Shown in pieces: positions 7,541 through 11,360 of a DNA stretch of 11,360 nucleotides (the first letter of the stretch is position 1; the number at the start of each line of letters is the position of its first letter). The notes under the pieces were generated by a model. It searched no databases. It was not told the DNA's origin and was given only the letters and a program-made list of their open reading frames with translations. Source of the stretch: Vulcanimicrobiaceae bacterium (GTDB taxonomy: Bacteria; Vulcanimicrobiota; Vulcanimicrobiia; Vulcanimicrobiales; Vulcanimicrobiaceae); NCBI GenBank assembly GCA_046262595.1, contig JBHEMM010000054.1:553-11912 (forward strand), written 5' to 3'. The position numbers and the translations under genes are program-made.

Positions 7541-10176
7541 TACGATCCGTCTCCGCGAGCGGCCGGGTTGAAACCGGCGGCGCGTTCCATCCCATCATGC
7601 GTCCGCGCGTGCTCGAGCGCATTGCCGCCGCAGCGCAGCAGCGCATTGTGCTCATCATCGCTCCCGCGGGTTACGGCAAATCCCTCGCGCTGCGTCAGTA
7701 TCTCGCATCGCTCGAACGCGAACCGGTCGCGCGTTTCGATGTGCGGGCCGAGAACGCGAACCTGCTCGGCTTCGTGCGCGGTTTTTCCGAGGCCGTCATC
7801 GAGTATGCGCCGGATGCGCGTAAAACCGTCTCCGGCGCCTATGAAAAAAACGCGGGCTCCAAAACGCCCGGCGCGGATCTCGCTATGTGGATGCACGCGC
7901 ACATCAAAGCGTTTAACGGTATCGTTGCCATCGACGACTTGCAGCTCGCCGAAGCCGATCCGGAGATCACGCGCTTTTTAGTCTCGCTGATCGAACGCAC
8001 CAAAGGACGCGTGCGCTGGCTGCTCAGTTCGCGCTCCGCGCTCGATTTACCGGTCGGTTCGTGGCTTGCGTACGGCGAGATGGACCTCGGCGTCGACGAG
8101 CAAGACCTGGCTTTCACGATCGATGAAGCGCGGTTGACGGCGAAGTCCGTGCGCGTCTCGGTGCGTGATGAGGAACTCGAGCAGATTCTGCAGATGACGT
8201 CGGGCTGGCCGACGGCGCTCAGCTTCGCGCTGCGTACGTCCACGCGTTCGGTCGATCTGCGCAATATCGCCGCCACCACGCGCGAGATGGTGTACCGGTA
8301 TTTGGCCGAGCAAGTCTACGGCTCGCTGAACCAAGAAGATCGCGAACTGCTGCGCGTGATCGCGTACTTGCCGGAGATCGACATCGAAGTGCTGCGGCAT
8401 GCCGGTTACGCGAAGGCCAAGGCGCTGGTCGAATCACTGCGCGATCGCGTGGCATTCATCTATAACGATCGGCCCGGCGTGTACCGCGCGCACGATCTGT
8501 TCGCCGATTTCTTACGGCACGAAGTGGAGATCGCGGGCGATGAAGCGGTGGCGCAAACGCGCCTGTGCGCCGCGCGAGCGCTGGAGGCGAGCGGTGCCCT
8601 CGCCGCTGCCCTGCGGGGCTACGCGGCGATCAAGGCCCCGGACGACATCGTGCGTCTCCTGGGAGCGCACGGATTCGATTTGGTGGAGCAAGCGCACGGC
8701 GACGCCGTCGGCGAGGCGATCGCGGCGCTCGATCCGCAGATCCGTTCCAACGAAACGATCGTGCTTGCGCTTCGCGCCGTGCGCGAGGCCGATGCCGGCC
8801 GTTTCGACCGTGCGGAAGCGCAGATGCAGCGCGCGATGGCGCAAGCGCAGGACGGCGTGCTCCGCGCGGATCTCGCCGTGCGCTTCGCGGTGTTCTTATT
8901 CGATCAAGGAAAAGACGTTATCGAGCTGCTCGAACCGTACGCGCAGGACGCGGGAATACCGGCCGAAATTCAAGCCAAAGTCAACAGTTTCTTGGCGCCC
9001 GCATATGCGCTGGCGGGACGCGCAAGAGAAGCGCGCGCGGCCTTGGAGCGCACGCGAGGGTTCGCCGCGATTCTCGACGCGGACGGCGTGCGCGCACGCT
9101 TGTTTCACCGTATGGGGATTACCGCACTGGTTTTAAACGAACGGCCGGAAACGATCGCGGCCTATTTCTCCCGCGCGCACGCGCTTGCAAATGAGACCGG
9201 CCTGCACGTCACCTCGGCGGCGGCTCTCAGCGGTTTGGAAAACGTCGCGCTTCTGTACGAGGACGATCTGACGAAAAGCGCGTGGCTCGCGCAGCAGAGC
9301 ATGACCGCCGGCCTCAAAGCCGGCAACCGTTTCGCTCTGCAAGCTGCGCTGCTGCAGCTCATTCACATTGAAGTAAGACGCGGAATGCCCGACCGGCTGG
9401 CGGCGCTGGAAAAACAGTTTGCTTCCGCCGTAACGAGCGACATCTCGCGAACCGCGTACATCGTTCACGCGCGCGCGGTGCTGGCAGCGTGGGACGGCCG
9501 CTTCGATGAAGCGTACCGTTTGGGCGTGTCGTGCCGCGACCGCGCTGCGTACCGGTTCGATCGGGTCTTCAATACTGCACTGCTGGCGCTTTATGCGCTG
9601 GGCGCGGGCGAACGCGATCGTGCCGTGGATGAAGTTCGCCGGGCGGCCGAACTGCTCGAGCAAGGCGGCTTCGAATATCTGCACGGGGAGCGGACGGCCG
9701 AGATCGCGCGGGCGCTGTGTGCGATCACCGAGGCGCTCGCCGGCCGGAGCACCGGCGCCCAGCGCTTCCTGACCCAGCGTCCGGGACGCGAGGCGCCGGG
9801 GGTGGAGTCCGTCCGCGCTTGCGCGGCCGCCGTGCTGCGCGCCGTAAAGAGCCCCGCACTTTTCGACGAGGTAGCCGATGCCATCGGCTTGATTCATACG
9901 GCCGGCCTGGGCGGCATCGCGCTACTGCTCGATCGCGCCGTCGCCTCCGTCAGCGCGAAGTCGGCACATCCGGATAATCCCCTCACCCCCGCGGAAATCA
10001 GCGTGCTTCAGGCGCTCGCCGACGGCCAGTCGCCCAAAGAAATCGCCCGCGGGAGCGGCCGCAGCGTCTATACGATCCAGGCGCACATCCAGAACGTCAT
10101 CAAGAAACTCGGCTGCAGCGGCCGGACCGAGGCCCTCACCGTAGCTCGTAAAAAGCATCTAGTGAATTTTGAGTAG
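7537..10176 (+). CDS. MalT-like large ATP-binding LuxR-family regulator (STAND NTPase, helical/TPR-like sensor, LuxR HTH)
   Basis: Walker A APAGYGKS, Walker B VAIDDLQ, TSGWP motif, Ala/Leu-rich helical middle, and C-terminal LTPAEISVLQALADGQSPKEIA..TIQAHIQNVIKKLG. Confidence 0.93.
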   Translation: MIRSVSASGRVETGGAFHPIMRPRVLERIAAAAQQRIVLIIAPAGYGKSLALRQYLASLEREPVARFDVRAENANLLGFVRGFSEAVIEYAPDARKTVSGAYEKNAGSKTPGADLAMWMHAHIKAFNGIVAIDDLQLAEADPEITRFLVSLIERTKGRVRWLLSSRSALDLPVGSWLAYGEMDLGVDEQDLAFTIDEARLTAKSVRVSVRDEELEQILQMTSGWPTALSFALRTSTRSVDLRNIAATTREMVYRYLAEQVYGSLNQEDRELLRVIAYLPEIDIEVLRHAGYAKAKALVESLRDRVAFIYNDRPGVYRAHDLFADFLRHEVEIAGDEAVAQTRLCAARALEASGALAAALRGYAAIKAPDDIVRLLGAHGFDLVEQAHGDAVGEAIAALDPQIRSNETIVLALRAVREADAGRFDRAEAQMQRAMAQAQDGVLRADLAVRFAVFLFDQGKDVIELLEPYAQDAGIPAEIQAKVNSFLAPAYALAGRAREARAALERTRGFAAILDADGVRARLFHRMGITALVLNERPETIAAYFSRAHALANETGLHVTSAAALSGLENVALLYEDDLTKSAWLAQQSMTAGLKAGNRFALQAALLQLIHIEVRRGMPDRLAALEKQFASAVTSDISRTAYIVHARAVLAAWDGRFDEAYRLGVSCRDRAAYRFDRVFNTALLALYALGAGERDRAVDEVRRAAELLEQGGFEYLHGERTAEIARALCAITEALAGRSTGAQRFLTQRPGREAPGVESVRACAAAVLRAVKSPALFDEVADAIGLIHTAGLGGIALLLDRAVASVSAKSAHPDNPLTPAEISVLQALADGQSPKEIARGSGRSVYTIQAHIQNVIKKLGCSGRTEALTVARKKHLVNFE

Positions 10177-10211
10177 TTACGGGCCGCCCGCTCCCGGGCT
10201 ATGCTCTGTGC
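10177..10211 (+). promoter_or_regulatory. Putative promoter for a leaderless transcript starting at ATG 10212
   Basis: TATGCT (10200-10205) sits 6 nt before ATG 10212. A weak -35 candidate TTACGG (10177-10182) is at 17-nt spacing. No SD is present. Confidence 0.45.
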
Positions 10212-10286
10212 ATGCTTACTACAGCAATTATTTGCGCCATCGTCATTGCCGTCGCCACCCAACCGCCGATCGGCTCGGGCGGCTAA
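10212..10286 (+). CDS. 24-aa hydrophobic small peptide MLTTAIICAIVIAVATQPPIGSGG, putative secreted or signalling peptide precursor
   Basis: ATG..TAA ORF below the ORF-track cutoff that fills most of the intergenic gap. It has a hydrophobic core, an A-V-A motif and a polar Pro/Gly tail. Third positions are mostly G/C in the 3' two-thirds. Confidence 0.6.
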   Translation: MLTTAIICAIVIAVATQPPIGSGG

Positions 10287-10295
10287 AACAACACA

Positions 10296-11264
10296 ATGCT
10301 ACAAGCCGCCGCAGCGGCGCTCTCGAAGCAACTGCCTGCACTCACCCGGTTAGCCATCGAGCAGATCCACGACCCTCAAATCCTTGAGGACGCGGATCTC
10401 GAGGCGTGCATGCAGATCATCGTGGATCGCCTGTGTCTGTCGCTTCAATTGTCCAAGCCGGTCGGGTTGGCGACATGGGCTACGCGGGAGGGCCGCCGCC
10501 TGGGCGTCGGCAAAACCTCCGTTGTTTTGGAAGCGGCAGCGCAGGCGATCGCGGAACAAGCCGTACATCTTCGCGTGAATCATGCGCACATTCTTGCGTT
10601 TTTGGAAGTGCTCAAAAGCGACGTTCACGCCTCCCTGTGTTCGCTCGAAGATGGCGCGCCCAAGCCCCAGCCGGTCTTGCCGGAGTCCACGCAAGCGCTG
10701 CTCGCAATGCTCGGAGAAGCCGACGCGCTCACATGCTGCCACTCGAAAGCGACGGGTGAGTGGGCGCGTCGGTTATGCGCTTCTTTGCGGCTCTCCAAAC
10801 AGCTCACCGATTTCATCGTGTTGTGCGCGACGCTGCACGACATCGGTAAAGTCGCAACGCCGCCCGAGATCCTGCAGAAAACCGGCCCGCTGACCGAACG
10901 CGAATGGGACATCATGCGCGAACATTCGGGCGCCGGACAGCGCGTTCTCGCGCAGATTCCGACGTTGTCGCGATGCGCGACGATCGTGCGCGGGCACCAT
11001 GAACGCTTCGATGGCGGCGGCTATCCGGACGGCCTGGCCGGCGAATCGATTCCCTTCGAAGCGCGCGTCGTTGCCGTCGCCGATGCGTTCCACGCCATGA
11101 TTAGCGATCGTCCGTACCGCCGCGCCATCGCGCCCCGCCGCGCGCTGGAGATTCTGCGCAACGGAAGCGGCACGCAATGGGATCCCGTGGTTGTCGACGC
11201 GATGCTCACGATGCTGGGCGCCGATCGGAAACCGGCCGCCGAGGTCAATATCTTTACCGCATAG
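10296..11264 (+). CDS. HD-GYP domain protein, putative c-di-GMP phosphodiesterase, with an uncharacterised N-terminal helical domain
   Basis: Motifs HSKATG, LHDIGK, HHERFDGGGYPDGL and VADAFHAMISDRPYR. Confidence 0.93.
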   Translation: MLQAAAAALSKQLPALTRLAIEQIHDPQILEDADLEACMQIIVDRLCLSLQLSKPVGLATWATREGRRLGVGKTSVVLEAAAQAIAEQAVHLRVNHAHILAFLEVLKSDVHASLCSLEDGAPKPQPVLPESTQALLAMLGEADALTCCHSKATGEWARRLCASLRLSKQLTDFIVLCATLHDIGKVATPPEILQKTGPLTEREWDIMREHSGAGQRVLAQIPTLSRCATIVRGHHERFDGGGYPDGLAGESIPFEARVVAVADAFHAMISDRPYRRAIAPRRALEILRNGSGTQWDPVVVDAMLTMLGADRKPAAEVNIFTA

Positions 11265-11283
11265 CTCGAACGGGTCGTGGGCT

Positions 11284-11330
11284 AAAAGACGCGTCTCCTC
11301 ACTCCCCCCTGAGGCGCGTCTTTTTTTTTT
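11284..11330 (+). terminator. Rho-independent terminator, possibly bidirectional
   Basis: AAAAGACGCGTCTC (11284-11297) pairs with GAGGCGCGTCTTTT (11311-11324) with one G-U, and a T10 run spans 11321-11330. Confidence 0.9.
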
Positions 11331-11360
11331 GCGCGCCACACACGTGGCACGGTGCTGCGC

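Noticed and set aside
3680..11339. Long alternative-frame and antisense ORFs within the BNR, LuxR and HD-GYP genes (e.g. 4469..5455, 8399..9136, 9133..9897, 10773..11339)
   Set aside because: Typical shadow ORFs of high-GC coding DNA with no independent motifs.
11345..11360. TGGCAC sigma-54-like site at the right edge
   Set aside because: GG-to-GC spacing is 9 or 11 nt, not the required 10.
1..11360. CRISPR array, tRNA/rRNA, transposase, integrase or reverse transcriptase
   Set aside because: I found no regularly spaced direct repeats, cloverleafs, or DDE, recombinase or RT motifs. The repeats in 3695..6775 are protein-level Asp-boxes.

Overview
GC-rich bacterial window dominated by signalling genes. 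The gene set resembles Ca. Eremiobacterota/Vulcanimicrobiota; this is an inference from recalled family content. Left to right: a GAF protein (5' part only, minus); a GAF-SpoIIE/PP2C-HATPase protein (minus); a ~960-nt gene-poor stretch with a structured minus-strand RNA candidate, a terminator and a DoxX-like remnant with a short internal inversion; an Amidase_3-like gene; a PAC-SpoIIE pseudogene with an internal deletion; a secreted BNR/VPS10-type beta-propeller protein; and a small convergent HTH-like gene. The right end is a plus-strand cluster: ABM protein, MalT-like STAND/LuxR regulator, an uncalled 24-aa hydrophobic peptide ORF, HD-GYP phosphodiesterase, and an intrinsic terminator. The best candidate for a new system is this regulator-peptide-HD-GYP cassette, possibly peptide signalling coupled to c-di-GMP turnover.
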